Source of the DNA: an uncultured Muribaculaceae bacterium
Lineage (GTDB): Bacteria; Bacteroidota; Bacteroidia; Bacteroidales; Muribaculaceae
Assembly (NCBI GenBank): GCA_964562375.1
Contig: CAZLSW010000001.1
Coordinates: 32,871-96,870 of the forward strand
Direction of reading: 5' to 3'
Length of the DNA stretch: 64,000 bases
Translations under genes and position numbers: made by a program
The notes under the pieces: model-generated
The model's input: the letters and a program-made list of their open reading frames with translations, nothing else
The model's database searches: none
What the model was told of the DNA's origin: nothing
Shown: in pieces, positions 38,696-47,592 of the stretch
How positions within the stretch are numbered: the first letter of the stretch is position 1
Layout: each line of letters begins with the position of its first letter

Positions 38696-40362
38696 TAGGC
38701 GTTGTAAAGGTACCGCTTGATCGATTTCTTGGGGGTCTTCTCAAATTCCTGGGCGATGAGCTGAATCTTCTGGATCTGCTCGTAAGGGGCGACAAGTTTG
38801 TTGAGATCCTTGCGCACTTGCTCCATCAGTTCGGGGAGGGCTTGGGGCGAGAGGCCTTCGGCGTCGACCGCCTCGAAGTCGGGGTAAACCAGCGCCGTCA
38901 AGCCCTTGCCGCGCTCTACCACGAGGCTCTCGGCCACGTAGGGCATGTTGTTGAGCTTGGCCTCGATCTCCTCGGGATAGATGTTTTGTCCGCTTGCCGA
39001 GAGGATCATGGTCTTGTAACGTCCGCGGATATAGATAGTGCCGTCGTCGTCGACGGTGCCCATGTCGCCCGTGTGGAGCCAGCCGTCTTCGTCGAGCACG
39101 GCCTCGGTGGCGGCGGGGTTTTTGTAGTAGCCCTTCATCACATTCTGCCCCTTGACGCAAATCTCGCCAGGGATGGTTTTGGGATTGCTGCTCAACACTT
39201 TAACCTCCATAATGGGGAGGATTCGACCGGCCGAACCGCAGATGAACTGTCGCCAAGGGGTATAGCTGATCAGTGGACCACACTCGGTCATGCCGTAACC
39301 CACGGTGAACGGGAATTTGATGGTGTGCAGGAAGTCCTCCACCTCGCGGTTGAGCGGCGCGCCGCCTACGATCACCTCCTCAAACTCACCGCCGAACGCC
39401 GCAACAAGTTTGCGGCGTATCTGGGCGTAAATCGCTGAGTCCAAGAATGGTATGGCGAGCGCCCAGCGCATTGGCCGCTTGATGAGCATTGGCACAATCT
39501 GCTTGCGGTAAACCTTTTCAAGAATCAGCGGCACGCAAATCACCAGGTTCGGCTTCACCTGGGCCAAGGCCCCCAGCAAAAGTTTGGGACTGGGAACTCT
39601 CCCGAAGAGGGTGACATGGGTGCCGACCGCCAAGGGCACCAGCATGTCGAAAGCGCAACCGTAGGCGTGAGCCAGCGGGAGGAACGACAAGCAGTGGGAG
39701 CCTTGATAATGGAGTCGGGAACGAATGCCGAAGACAACGTTACCGGTGAGGTTGCCGTAGGTGAGCATAACGCCCTTTGAGAAACCGGTGGTGCCGGATG
39801 TGTAGTTGAGCACCGCGGTTTGGTCGGCCGGCGCCGGGGGATAGTTGACGTCCTGGCGACGGAAATCGTGCGGATAACGGCGACGGAATTGCCGGGTGAG
39901 GTTTTTGACAACCTTGGAAATAGACACCTCGTTGTCGTCGCGCTCGGCCAGCACGCGACGCGTTTCGAGAGAAACGGCGGCCTTGATCTGGGGCATGCGC
40001 TCAAACTCCAACGTTTCGAAAATCGACTCGGAGACGAACAACATAACGGCGTCCGAGTGGTTGACGATATGCTGCGTGTCGGTGGGGTTGAAGTCCTGGA
40101 GTATCGGCACGATCACGGCCCCGTAGGTGATGGCCGAGATGAACACCGACACCCAGGTGATGTTGTTCTTGCCCACGAGGGCGATTTTGTCGCCGGGGTG
40201 TATTCCACTTTGCTCGTAGAAAAGGTGTAGGCGTGCCACACGACGCGCGAATTCGCCGTAGGTCAAGGATTCGTTGTTGCCATATTCCGAGAGGGCGGGG
40301 AGGGTCCAGTTGTCGCGGAAACTCTCGGCGTAGATATGGTTAAGGTCGTCGTTGTAATTCAT
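38695..40362 (-). CDS. AMP-dependent synthetase/ligase (long-chain acyl-CoA synthetase-like)
   Basis: YTSGTTGFSKGV, GYGMTE and GWLHTGDMG motifs. Start at MNYNDDL (ATG 40362). Confidence 0.88.
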   Translation of the reverse strand: MNYNDDLNHIYAESFRDNWTLPALSEYGNNESLTYGEFARRVARLHLFYEQSGIHPGDKIALVGKNNITWVSVFISAITYGAVIVPILQDFNPTDTQHIVNHSDAVMLFVSESIFETLEFERMPQIKAAVSLETRRVLAERDDNEVSISKVVKNLTRQFRRRYPHDFRRQDVNYPPAPADQTAVLNYTSGTTGFSKGVMLTYGNLTGNVVFGIRSRLHYQGSHCLSFLPLAHAYGCAFDMLVPLAVGTHVTLFGRVPSPKLLLGALAQVKPNLVICVPLILEKVYRKQIVPMLIKRPMRWALAIPFLDSAIYAQIRRKLVAAFGGEFEEVIVGGAPLNREVEDFLHTIKFPFTVGYGMTECGPLISYTPWRQFICGSAGRILPIMEVKVLSSNPKTIPGEICVKGQNVMKGYYKNPAATEAVLDEDGWLHTGDMGTVDDDGTIYIRGRYKTMILSASGQNIYPEEIEAKLNNMPYVAESLVVERGKGLTALVYPDFEAVDAEGLSPQALPELMEQVRKDLNKLVAPYEQIQKIQLIAQEFEKTPKKSIKRYLYNA

Positions 40363-40452
40363 AAATGGTTGCGTTAAGGGCCACACGAGCCGTAAATTAC
40401 CGCAAAATAACTAAAATTTTGGAGAAGAAGCAAGAAATACCCCCCGGAAAAT

Positions 40453-40640
40453 TAAGTAGGACGTCAAGTAGGAAGTCGGGCCGTGTCGGCCCGACAGATC
40501 AGAAAGGAAGTCGGGCCGTGCCGCCCCGACAGATTAGAAAGGAAGTCGGGCCGTGTCGGCCCGACAAATTAGAAAGGAGGTCGGGCCGACACGGCCCGAC
40601 AACCAATTCCGTCCCGCCGACACGGCGGGACATCCTATTT
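40453..40640. repeat. REP-like palindrome cluster (5 copies, about 35-nt period)
   Basis: Three forward copies of AGGAAGTCGGGCCGTG(T/C)CGGCCCGACA spaced by ATCAGAA/ATTAGAA, then two inverted copies (…GCCGACACGGC…). Confidence 0.95.
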
Positions 40641-40727
40641 AGCGGGGGCCAATCTCCTATTTACCATTGTCATTTTTCCACAAAAATCATTTTATTTCAA
40701 GAAAAATGTAAAATTATTTTGGTAATT

Positions 40728-40758
40728 TAAAGCAAAGTGCTATCTTTGCGCCGTGTTT
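40728..40758 (+). promoter_or_regulatory. Bacteroidetes promoter (-33 TTTG, -7 TATCTTTG) for the ammonium transporter
   Basis: TTTG at 40728-40731 and TATCTTTG at 40751-40758 with 19-nt spacing, 47 nt upstream of the ATG at 40805. Confidence 0.6.
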
Positions 40759-40804
40759 CAATGACTCAATTACACGTAGTACTTATTTTTAATTTATAGC
40801 CCCT

Positions 40805-42247
40805 ATGGTTACAATTGCAGGTAAAAGGTTCAAAAAGCGCTGGATTATATTGTTTCTGGCGGCACTGGGCATCAGTGTTTTAGGTTTGTGCGTGAGTCCC
40901 GACGAGGGAAAATGGGACATGGCCAACGATAATCTGTACGCCAACATCGCCTGGATGATCACGGCCACGATTTTCGTGTTGATGATGACCCCGGGATTGT
41001 CGTTCTTCTACGGCGGAATGGTAAGGGCCAAGAACGTGATTTCCACCATGTTGCAGAGCTTTATCGTGATGGGTGTGGTGAGTGTGATTTGGATTGTTTT
41101 TGGCTTTGGACTGTCGTTTGGCGATGATATTTGGCACGTCATCGGCAATCCATGCGATTTCTTCATGTTTGAGAAAGTGGGAGTGGCGAATGTGACGGCT
41201 GCCGAGAGCGAGCGTGTGGCAACGTTGAGCCAGATCGACTTGGCGACGACCACGATTCCCTTGGCGTTGTTCGCTCTGTTCCAGATGAAATTCGCCATTA
41301 TTACGCCAAGCTTGATCACCGGCTCGTTTGCCGAGCGCGTGCGTTTCTCGGGCTATCTGGTGTTTATGATATTGTGGGTGGTGATTGTATATTGTCCTTT
41401 GGCCCATTGCACATGGCATCCCGAGGGGTTGTTTGCCAAGATGCACGTTCACGACTTCGCCGGTGGCATTGTGGTGCACGCGGCCTCGGGTATAGCGGCG
41501 TTGGCGGGTGCTATCTTCTTGGGACGGCGCGCCGACGTGAGCGACTCCAAACCGGCCAACGTGCCGTTCGTGCTTTTGGGCGCCGCTCTGCTGTGGCTGG
41601 GATGGTTCGGTTTCAACGGTGGTAGCTCCCTCGCTGCCGACGGAATCGCAATCTCGGCTTTCTTGAACACCAATACTGCGGCTGCCACGGCAATGGTCAC
41701 CTGGGTGGTATTTGATGCCCTACGTGGCCACAAACCCTCGGCGATGGGAGCCGCTATCGGCGCTGTTGTAGGCTTGGTGGCAATCACTCCCTGCGCCGGC
41801 TGGGTAACGGTGGGGCAGAGCGTGTTTATCGCTTTTGTGATCACGATATGCTGCAACTTGGCTGTGACGTGGAAGAACGCCCGCCACACGTTTGACGACG
41901 CTCTCGACGTGTTCCCCACACACGGCTTGGGAGGCATCCTCGGCACCGTGCTCACCGGTATTTTCGCCTACGATTTCTTTGCTCGCGAGGATCCCGAGAT
42001 GATCTCACGCACGGAATTTTTCTGGGCCCACATATTGGTACTGGTAATAGTGTTTGTGTACACGTTCGGCGTTAGCTACGGGCTTTATTGGCTCACCAAC
42101 AAGATGATACCGATGCGCGTGTCGCGTCGCAGCGAGATGATTGGCTTGGACAAGAGCCAGCACGACGAGGAATACGGCACCGAGGTGACGACCGAGTTGG
42201 CCGAGGACACCATCTCGGATAGCGACTGGTATCAATCAATGGAATAG
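40805..42247 (+). CDS. amt: Ammonium transporter
   Basis: 480-aa polytopic protein with DFAGGIVVHAASGIAALAGAI and WFGFNGGS motifs. Confidence 0.92.
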   Translation: MVTIAGKRFKKRWIILFLAALGISVLGLCVSPDEGKWDMANDNLYANIAWMITATIFVLMMTPGLSFFYGGMVRAKNVISTMLQSFIVMGVVSVIWIVFGFGLSFGDDIWHVIGNPCDFFMFEKVGVANVTAAESERVATLSQIDLATTTIPLALFALFQMKFAIITPSLITGSFAERVRFSGYLVFMILWVVIVYCPLAHCTWHPEGLFAKMHVHDFAGGIVVHAASGIAALAGAIFLGRRADVSDSKPANVPFVLLGAALLWLGWFGFNGGSSLAADGIAISAFLNTNTAAATAMVTWVVFDALRGHKPSAMGAAIGAVVGLVAITPCAGWVTVGQSVFIAFVITICCNLAVTWKNARHTFDDALDVFPTHGLGGILGTVLTGIFAYDFFAREDPEMISRTEFFWAHILVLVIVFVYTFGVSYGLYWLTNKMIPMRVSRRSEMIGLDKSQHDEEYGTEVTTELAEDTISDSDWYQSME

Positions 42248-43330
42248 TTAACAACTCTTTGGCTCACCCCTATACTGGTAGTGGTTGCGTAGTGATTCGA
42301 AGGCTTGCGGCCGGGCTTTTAGCTCGGCCGTATCCTTTCGGGGGTCGTAGCTGGCCAAAAGCGCCTCCACGCTCACAGTATCGGCCACAGGTGGTAGTTT
42401 AGGCAGGAAGTCGGGCCGTGTCGGCCCGACAGAAAGAAAGTCCCGCCGTGTCGGCCCGACAGAAAGGAAGTCCCGCCGTGTCGGCCCGACAGAAAGGAAG
42501 TGCTCCCTCACGGCGGCGACGGCTATCAGGGTAGCCCGTTGCTTGCCTTCCAGGGAGTAACCGGCTATATGCGGCGTGGCGATCTCGGCAAGCGACAATA
42601 ACCCGGGACTGATGTTAGGCTCTCCCTCCCAGCAGTCAATCGCGGCGCCAGTAATTTGGCCGCTCCGCAACGCCTCAACCAGTGCAGGCGTATCGACCAC
42701 TGGGCCGCGAGCCGCATTGAAAATCAGCGGTTTTTGCTCGCACTTGCCGAAGAAATCGGCATCGGCCATATGGAATGTTCGATCCTCGCCTTCGCGGGTG
42801 AGAGGCGTGTGGAAAGTTATCACGTTGGCTTCGCGAGCGATCTCGTCGAGCGTCACGAAACCCTCAGCGCCCTCCTCGCGAGCTCTTGGCGGGTCGCAGA
42901 GTAGCACCTTGATTCCCAATCCCTTGGCCCATCTTTGGACAATCTTGCCCACATGGCCCACGCCAACTATTCCCAAAACTGTGCCCTCGAGTGGGCGCAT
43001 GGCCATCAGCGACGTGAGCACCCACTGGGCCACGCCCGGAGCGTTGCAGCCAGGGGCGTTCCTCACCTCAATTCCACGCGACGCGCAATAGGGGAGGTCG
43101 ATATGGTCGGTGCCGATAGTCGCGGTCGCAATCATCTGGCAACGAGAGTGTTCCAGCAAGTTGGCGTTGCATTTCGTGCGTGTGCGGGTAACCAGCGCAT
43201 CGACGTCGCGCATCGCCTCCGGCGTGATTTCCTCGGCGGGGAGATACCTCACCTGGCCAAGGTCCTCAAGCATTCCTTGGATGAACGGGATGTTGGCCTC
43301 GACCACGATGTTTAAGCCGTGAGATTCCAT
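42248..43330 (-). CDS. pdxB: D-isomer-specific 2-hydroxyacid dehydrogenase, erythronate-4-phosphate dehydrogenase (PdxB)-like, carrying three in-frame repeat insertions
   Basis: GIVGVGHVGK NAD fold and ATPHIAGYS. Start at MESHGLNIVV (ATG 43330). FLSVGPTRRD x3 is encoded by REP-like copies. Confidence 0.75.
   Translation of the reverse strand: MESHGLNIVVEANIPFIQGMLEDLGQVRYLPAEEITPEAMRDVDALVTRTRTKCNANLLEHSRCQMIATATIGTDHIDLPYCASRGIEVRNAPGCNAPGVAQWVLTSLMAMRPLEGTVLGIVGVGHVGKIVQRWAKGLGIKVLLCDPPRAREEGAEGFVTLDEIAREANVITFHTPLTREGEDRTFHMADADFFGKCEQKPLIFNAARGPVVDTPALVEALRSGQITGAAIDCWEGEPNISPGLLSLAEIATPHIAGYSLEGKQRATLIAVAAVREHFLSVGPTRRDFLSVGPTRRDFLSVGPTRPDFLPKLPPVADTVSVEALLASYDPRKDTAELKARPQAFESLRNHYQYRGEPKSC
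42401..42500. repeat. Three tandem REP-like copies (30-nt period) inside the pdxB-like CDS
   Basis: Cores at 42410-42430, 42440-42460 and 42470-42490. The 30-nt period equals 10 codons and reads through as (F)LSVGPTR(R/P)D. Confidence 0.95.
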
Positions 43331-44292
43331 AGGTAAAGTGCTGAGTAAACGATGATTATCGTGAGTATGGGAATTGCCGAAGCACGGGTGCGGTGGGTGG
43401 CGAACAGGTGCCCGGCTTGGTAGGCCACTGCGCAATTGAGAAGCGGCACGTAAATGTAGGCCTGATAGAAGTCAAACACTGCCAGCAGGGCGGCTCCAAT
43501 CATCAGCACGGTCATGAATCCGTTGCAGGCGCGCGTGCGGGAATTATAGGAAAGGAAGCGGATGAAATTGCCCATCAAGCAAGTGATACCCAGCAGGATA
43601 GTCACGCCGATTGTGGCCACCAGTGGCACGATTTCGCCTGTGTTTAATTGGCTGAAGAAGTTGGTGAACGTGGGCAACGTGAAGTTACGGTAATCAATTA
43701 GACCGAATCCAATCAGAATCCACGCCGGGGTAATCATGCCCAGTAGCGCTGCCACGAAGGTGCGCCACGATAGCACGCGCATCTGCGCGCATCCAATCAA
43801 CGCGAGCGGTATTAAACCGATTGCCGCGTATTGCGTCATCGCCGTCAGGGCGATCAGGAAAAACGCCAAGAACACGCTGCGTGACTGTCCAGGCTGCCCA
43901 TAAACGTCGAACAGTATCGCCGCCACCACAATGGCCAGCAGAGCCAACAGAGTGCCTCCGTAGAAGCCCTCCATGAGGTCGGGAGTGGCCGCCTGGAGAA
44001 TCAGGAACAAGCCGGGGCCGAGCATCGACATGCCTCGCAACAGGTTGTAGGCGCGGTTGAGGTAAACCATCAGCAGAGCTATGGCCACGTTTACGGCGAA
44101 ATTAACCCCCAGCGAGATCCACCCCGCCGGAAGCCATTGGTTAGGCGACATCAACCCAAGGCCACGATTGACGTGCACGGCTTGCGCGGGATAGTTCTCG
44201 GCGGCGAACCATACGGCGGCCAAGGCCACCAGCATCAACACCGCGGCCCCAGCCCTATCGTGAAAAAACCTCGTCAGCGCCCCCTTCATCAT
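43312..44292 (-). CDS. Polytopic membrane protein of unknown function
   Basis: 326 aa with about 9 hydrophobic segments. Overlaps the pdxB-like start and the toxin stop. Confidence 0.6.
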   Translation of the reverse strand: MMKGALTRFFHDRAGAAVLMLVALAAVWFAAENYPAQAVHVNRGLGLMSPNQWLPAGWISLGVNFAVNVAIALLMVYLNRAYNLLRGMSMLGPGLFLILQAATPDLMEGFYGGTLLALLAIVVAAILFDVYGQPGQSRSVFLAFFLIALTAMTQYAAIGLIPLALIGCAQMRVLSWRTFVAALLGMITPAWILIGFGLIDYRNFTLPTFTNFFSQLNTGEIVPLVATIGVTILLGITCLMGNFIRFLSYNSRTRACNGFMTVLMIGAALLAVFDFYQAYIYVPLLNCAVAYQAGHLFATHRTRASAIPILTIIIVYSALYLWNLTA

Positions 44293-44564
44293 TTATCTTC
44301 GTAATGGCCGTAAACCGTAATCACCAACACCTGTACCGTTTCGTCGTATACACGGTACACCAAGCGATGTTTTCTCGAAAGTCGACGCGACCAAGTAGGT
44401 TCGTTAAAATTGCGCAATTGCTCTATTTGACCGGTTCCAGTATAAGGATGTTCCCTTAATTCCAACAGCAATGCGTTAAGTTTCTTGGCGACAGTCGGTT
44501 CATTCCGTTGCAATAGGCGTTGCCCTTGCATAGCTCGTTTTGAGAGTACAATTTTATAACTCAT
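44289..44564 (-). CDS. yoeB: Type II toxin, YoeB/Txe family
   Basis: 91 aa with WSRRLSRKHRLVYRV...VLVITVYGHYEDK, typical of YoeB. Overlaps the upstream antitoxin by 11 nt. Confidence 0.8.
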   Translation of the reverse strand: MSYKIVLSKRAMQGQRLLQRNEPTVAKKLNALLLELREHPYTGTGQIEQLRNFNEPTWSRRLSRKHRLVYRVYDETVQVLVITVYGHYEDK

Positions 44565-44826
44565 CCTCAGCTACTCGATTAAAGAAATCTTCCGGGGACT
44601 CATCTTCTCTCATCTCATACACCTCACCACGATTAGCTTCCTCAATTGCAGAATTAACCATGGCGTAGAATTGCTCCTCGGTCATCAACGAGTCGTCCTC
44701 GGAAACCGGGGTGATTTTGAAGGAACCCTCGGAGCGCGTTTTGAGAACAACATCCTGGCCCTCTTTCACCATTCTTAGATATTTGCCTTGGTTGGCGCGA
44801 AATTCGCGCGTACTGATGATAATCAT
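44554..44826 (-). CDS. Type II antitoxin (Phd/YefM-like)
   Basis: 90 aa with an N-terminal MIIISTREFRANQGKYLRMVKEGQDVVL, typical of Phd/YefM antitoxins, and an acidic C-terminus. Confidence 0.7.
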   Translation of the reverse strand: MIIISTREFRANQGKYLRMVKEGQDVVLKTRSEGSFKITPVSEDDSLMTEEQFYAMVNSAIEEANRGEVYEMREDESPEDFFNRVAEDEL

Positions 44827-44862
44827 GACTTTCCTATTTTTGGCGTAAAGATAACGAAAATA

Positions 44863-44903
44863 TTTTTGGTATCCAAATTGGAAACCATTTTGGATACCAA
44901 AAA
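44863..44903. promoter_or_regulatory. 15-bp inverted repeat TTTTTGGTATCCAAA / TTTGGATACCAAAAA: purD terminator and/or toxin-antitoxin operator
   Basis: Perfect arms separated by 11 nt, located between the purD stop (44908) and the antitoxin start (44826). Confidence 0.55.
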
Positions 44904-44907
44904 GTTC

Positions 44908-46179
44908 TTATTTCATCAGATCTTGGCCAATATCGCGACGGTAGTAGGCGCCGTCGAAGGCGATGCGGGAGATGGAATCGTAGCTCTTGCGCAAGGCCGA
45001 GGGGATGTCGTCGCCAAGCGACGATACGGCCAACACGCGACCACCCGAGGTCAACAGTCGGTCGCCGTCACGCTTAGTGCCGGCGTGGAACACGGTGGAA
45101 TCCTCAGTCTCCTCCAAGCCTGTGATTTCCAGTCCCTTGGGATAGGAGCCAGGATAACCTTTTGAGGTCATGATCACGGTAACAGCAGTCGCGGGGTTCT
45201 CCTCGAGCATCAGTTGGCTCAGGGTGCCCTCCGCGGCGCCTTTCATCAGCTCAACCAGGTCGGAAGCCACTCGCAGCATCACCACCTCGGTCTCAGGGTC
45301 GCCCATGCGCACGTTGTACTCAATCACCATCGGCTCGCCGGCGACGTTGATCAGCCCCAGGAAGATGAATCCGCGATAGGTGATTCCCTCGTCGATAAGC
45401 CCCTTGACGGTGGGACGGATAATGCGCTCGTCGACCTTGGCCATAAACTCGCCATCGGCGAATGGCACGGGGCTTACGGCTCCCATACCGCCCGTGTTGG
45501 GGCCGGTATCGCCCTCGCCCACGCGCTTGTAATCCTTGGCCACGGGGAGCACGCGGTAGCCGCCGTTGCCGTCGGTGAGCACGAACACCGAGCACTCGAT
45601 GCCGCTCAGGAACTCCTCGATCACCACCGTTGCCGACGACTTGCCGAACATGCCGTCGAGCATCTCACGGAGCGACTTCTTGGCCTCGTCCAAGTCGTTG
45701 ATAATCAGCACGCCCTTACCTGCAGCCAGTCCGTCGGCTTTAAGCACGTAGGGTGCTTGCAATGACTCGAGGAACCGGTAGCCGTCATCGATGGTTTCAG
45801 CCGTGAACGATCGGTAGCGAGCCGTGGGGATGCCGTGGCTCTCCATGAACCGCTTGGCGAAATCCTTGGAGCCCTCGAGCTGGGCACCCTCCTTTGAAGG
45901 GCCAACAACCAGCACCTCCGGGCGATTGTCGCGCATCCAGTCCCAGATGCCTGCCACCAGCGGATCCTCGTTGCCCACGACCACCATGTCGATTTCTTTG
46001 TCGTCGACCACCTGGGTCACTGCCTCGAAATCGAGAGGCGACACGGCAACGTTGGTGCCGTATTGACCTGTGCCGCCGTTGCCGGGGGCGATATAAAGAT
46101 TGTCGGTGAGGGGGGATTGGGCGATTTTCCATGCGAGGGCCGATTCGCGGCCTCCCGAGCCAAGCAGTAGTATATTCAT
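44908..46179 (-). CDS. purD: Phosphoribosylamine--glycine ligase
   Basis: MNILLLGSGGRESALAWK with an ATP-grasp core. Start at ATG 46179; the ORF is open to 46239. Confidence 0.95.
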   Translation of the reverse strand: MNILLLGSGGRESALAWKIAQSPLTDNLYIAPGNGGTGQYGTNVAVSPLDFEAVTQVVDDKEIDMVVVGNEDPLVAGIWDWMRDNRPEVLVVGPSKEGAQLEGSKDFAKRFMESHGIPTARYRSFTAETIDDGYRFLESLQAPYVLKADGLAAGKGVLIINDLDEAKKSLREMLDGMFGKSSATVVIEEFLSGIECSVFVLTDGNGGYRVLPVAKDYKRVGEGDTGPNTGGMGAVSPVPFADGEFMAKVDERIIRPTVKGLIDEGITYRGFIFLGLINVAGEPMVIEYNVRMGDPETEVVMLRVASDLVELMKGAAEGTLSQLMLEENPATAVTVIMTSKGYPGSYPKGLEITGLEETEDSTVFHAGTKRDGDRLLTSGGRVLAVSSLGDDIPSALRKSYDSISRIAFDGAYYRRDIGQDLMK

Positions 46180-46240
46180 AACGCGATAATTTTCCCGCAA
46201 AGTTACAACATTTTCTCTAAATAGCGAGTTTACCCTCAAT

Positions 46241-46405
46241 CAAGTAGGAAGTCGGGCCGTGCCGGCCCGACAGATAGAAAGGACGTCGGGCCGTGTCGGC
46301 CCGACAGATCAGAAAGGAAGTCGGGCCGTGCCGGCCCGACAGAAAACGTGTCCCGCCGGCACGGCGGGACATCCTACTTATAAAAGGGGACATCCTACTT
46401 ATAAA
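46241..46405. repeat. REP-like palindrome cluster (4 copies) plus a duplicated flank (GGACATCCTACTTATAAAAG x2)
   Basis: Three forward GTCGGGCCGTG(C/T)CGGCCCGAC copies and one GTCCCGCCGGCACGGCGGGAC. Confidence 0.95.
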
Positions 46406-46466
46406 AGCGAGAGGAATCCCCCGCATGCGGGAAATTCCTCTCGTAAATGGGTGGTAAAGTGGAAGG

Positions 46467-47465
46467 TTACTCAGCCTTGCCAGCCGAACCAAGCACGTTC
46501 TCGATTTTGTGCTTGTAGAGCTTCTCCATCTCGTCGCGAGCCGGGCCCAGATACTTGCGGGGGTCAAACTCACCGGGCTTCTCGTCGAACACCTTGCGAA
46601 CGGCGGCGGTCATGGCCAGACGCGAGTCGCTGTCGATGTTGATCTTGCATACGGCGCTCTTGGCGGCCTTGCGGAGCTCCTCCTCGGGGATACCGATGGC
46701 ATCAGGCAACTTGCCACCGTGCTTGTTGATCATGTCAACATACTCCTGGGGAACCGAGCTGGAGCCGTGGAGAACGATGGGGAAACCGGGGAGCTTCTCC
46801 ATTACGGCGTCGAGCACGTCGAATGCCAATGGCGGGGGAACCAGCTTGCCCTCGGCGTTGCGAGTGCACTGCTCGGGGGTGAACTTGTAGGCGCCGTGGC
46901 TGGTGCCGATGGAGATGGCCAACGAGTCGCAACCAGTGCGGGTAGCGAAGTCGATTACCTCCTCAGGGTCGGTGTAGGTGTGGTGGTCGGCCGATACCTC
47001 GTCCTCTACGCCGGCGAGCACGCCCAGCTCACCCTCAACCGTTACGTCAAACTGGTGGGCGTAGTCAACCACTTTCTTGGTCAGGGCCACGTTCTCCTCG
47101 TAGGGCAGGTGGCTACCGTCGATCATCACCGACGAGAAACCGTTGTCGATGCACGATTTGCACAGCTCGAAGGAATCGCCGTGGTCCAAGTGAAGCACAA
47201 TTTGGGGATGCTCCCAGCCGAGCTCCTTGGCGTAGGCAACAGCGCCCTGAGCCATATAGCGCAGAAGGGTGGCGTTGGCATAGTTGCGTGCGCCCTTCGA
47301 TACCTGGAGGATTACAGGCGATTTCTCCTCGGCTGATGCCTTGATGATGGCCTGTAGCTGCTCCATGTTGTTGAAGTTGAAGGCGGGGATGGCATATCCT
47401 CCCTTGATGGCTTTGGCGAACATCTCACGGGTGTTGACCAAACCTAAGTCTTTGTAGCTTACCAT
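46467..47465 (-). CDS. fba: Class II fructose-bisphosphate aldolase
   Basis: AIPAFNFNN, LHLDHG and MIDGSH motifs. Start at MVSYKDLGL (ATG 47465). Confidence 0.95.
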   Translation of the reverse strand: MVSYKDLGLVNTREMFAKAIKGGYAIPAFNFNNMEQLQAIIKASAEEKSPVILQVSKGARNYANATLLRYMAQGAVAYAKELGWEHPQIVLHLDHGDSFELCKSCIDNGFSSVMIDGSHLPYEENVALTKKVVDYAHQFDVTVEGELGVLAGVEDEVSADHHTYTDPEEVIDFATRTGCDSLAISIGTSHGAYKFTPEQCTRNAEGKLVPPPLAFDVLDAVMEKLPGFPIVLHGSSSVPQEYVDMINKHGGKLPDAIGIPEEELRKAAKSAVCKINIDSDSRLAMTAAVRKVFDEKPGEFDPRKYLGPARDEMEKLYKHKIENVLGSAGKAE

Positions 47466-47512
47466 TTGAAACTTATTTATTGGTGAATTTCTGAAATTGC
47501 TATTTCCGAGCG

Positions 47513-47520
47513 CAAATTTA
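47513..47520 (-). promoter_or_regulatory. -7 promoter box TAAATTTG for fba
   Basis: Exact TAnnTTTG on the minus strand 48 nt upstream of the fba ATG. Confidence 0.45.
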
Positions 47521-47592
47521 CTGATTTTTTCTCTCGCGGTGAAATTTTTGGCATAAAAACCGTATCTTCGCGTTATAAAAACCAATCATATT

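Noticed and set aside
40453-40640. The regularly spaced palindromic repeats here, and at 46241-46405, 52451-562, 53298-445 and 34483-586, could be mistaken for CRISPR arrays.
   Set aside because: The spacers are only about 8-14 nt and are themselves conserved (ATCAGAA, ATTAGAA). Copies occur in both orientations and no cas genes are nearby. The pattern fits REP/BIME-like clusters.
40365-40730. ORF-track ORFs that run through repeat clusters: 40365..40730, 46217..46573, 46259..46642, 53332..53517, 19495..19719, and the 5' extensions 49946..50083 and 52413..52493.
   Set aside because: Their sequence is just translated palindromic repeats (…GRVGPTDQKGSRAV…). They have no independent coding signal, and conserved family N-termini begin at internal ATGs.
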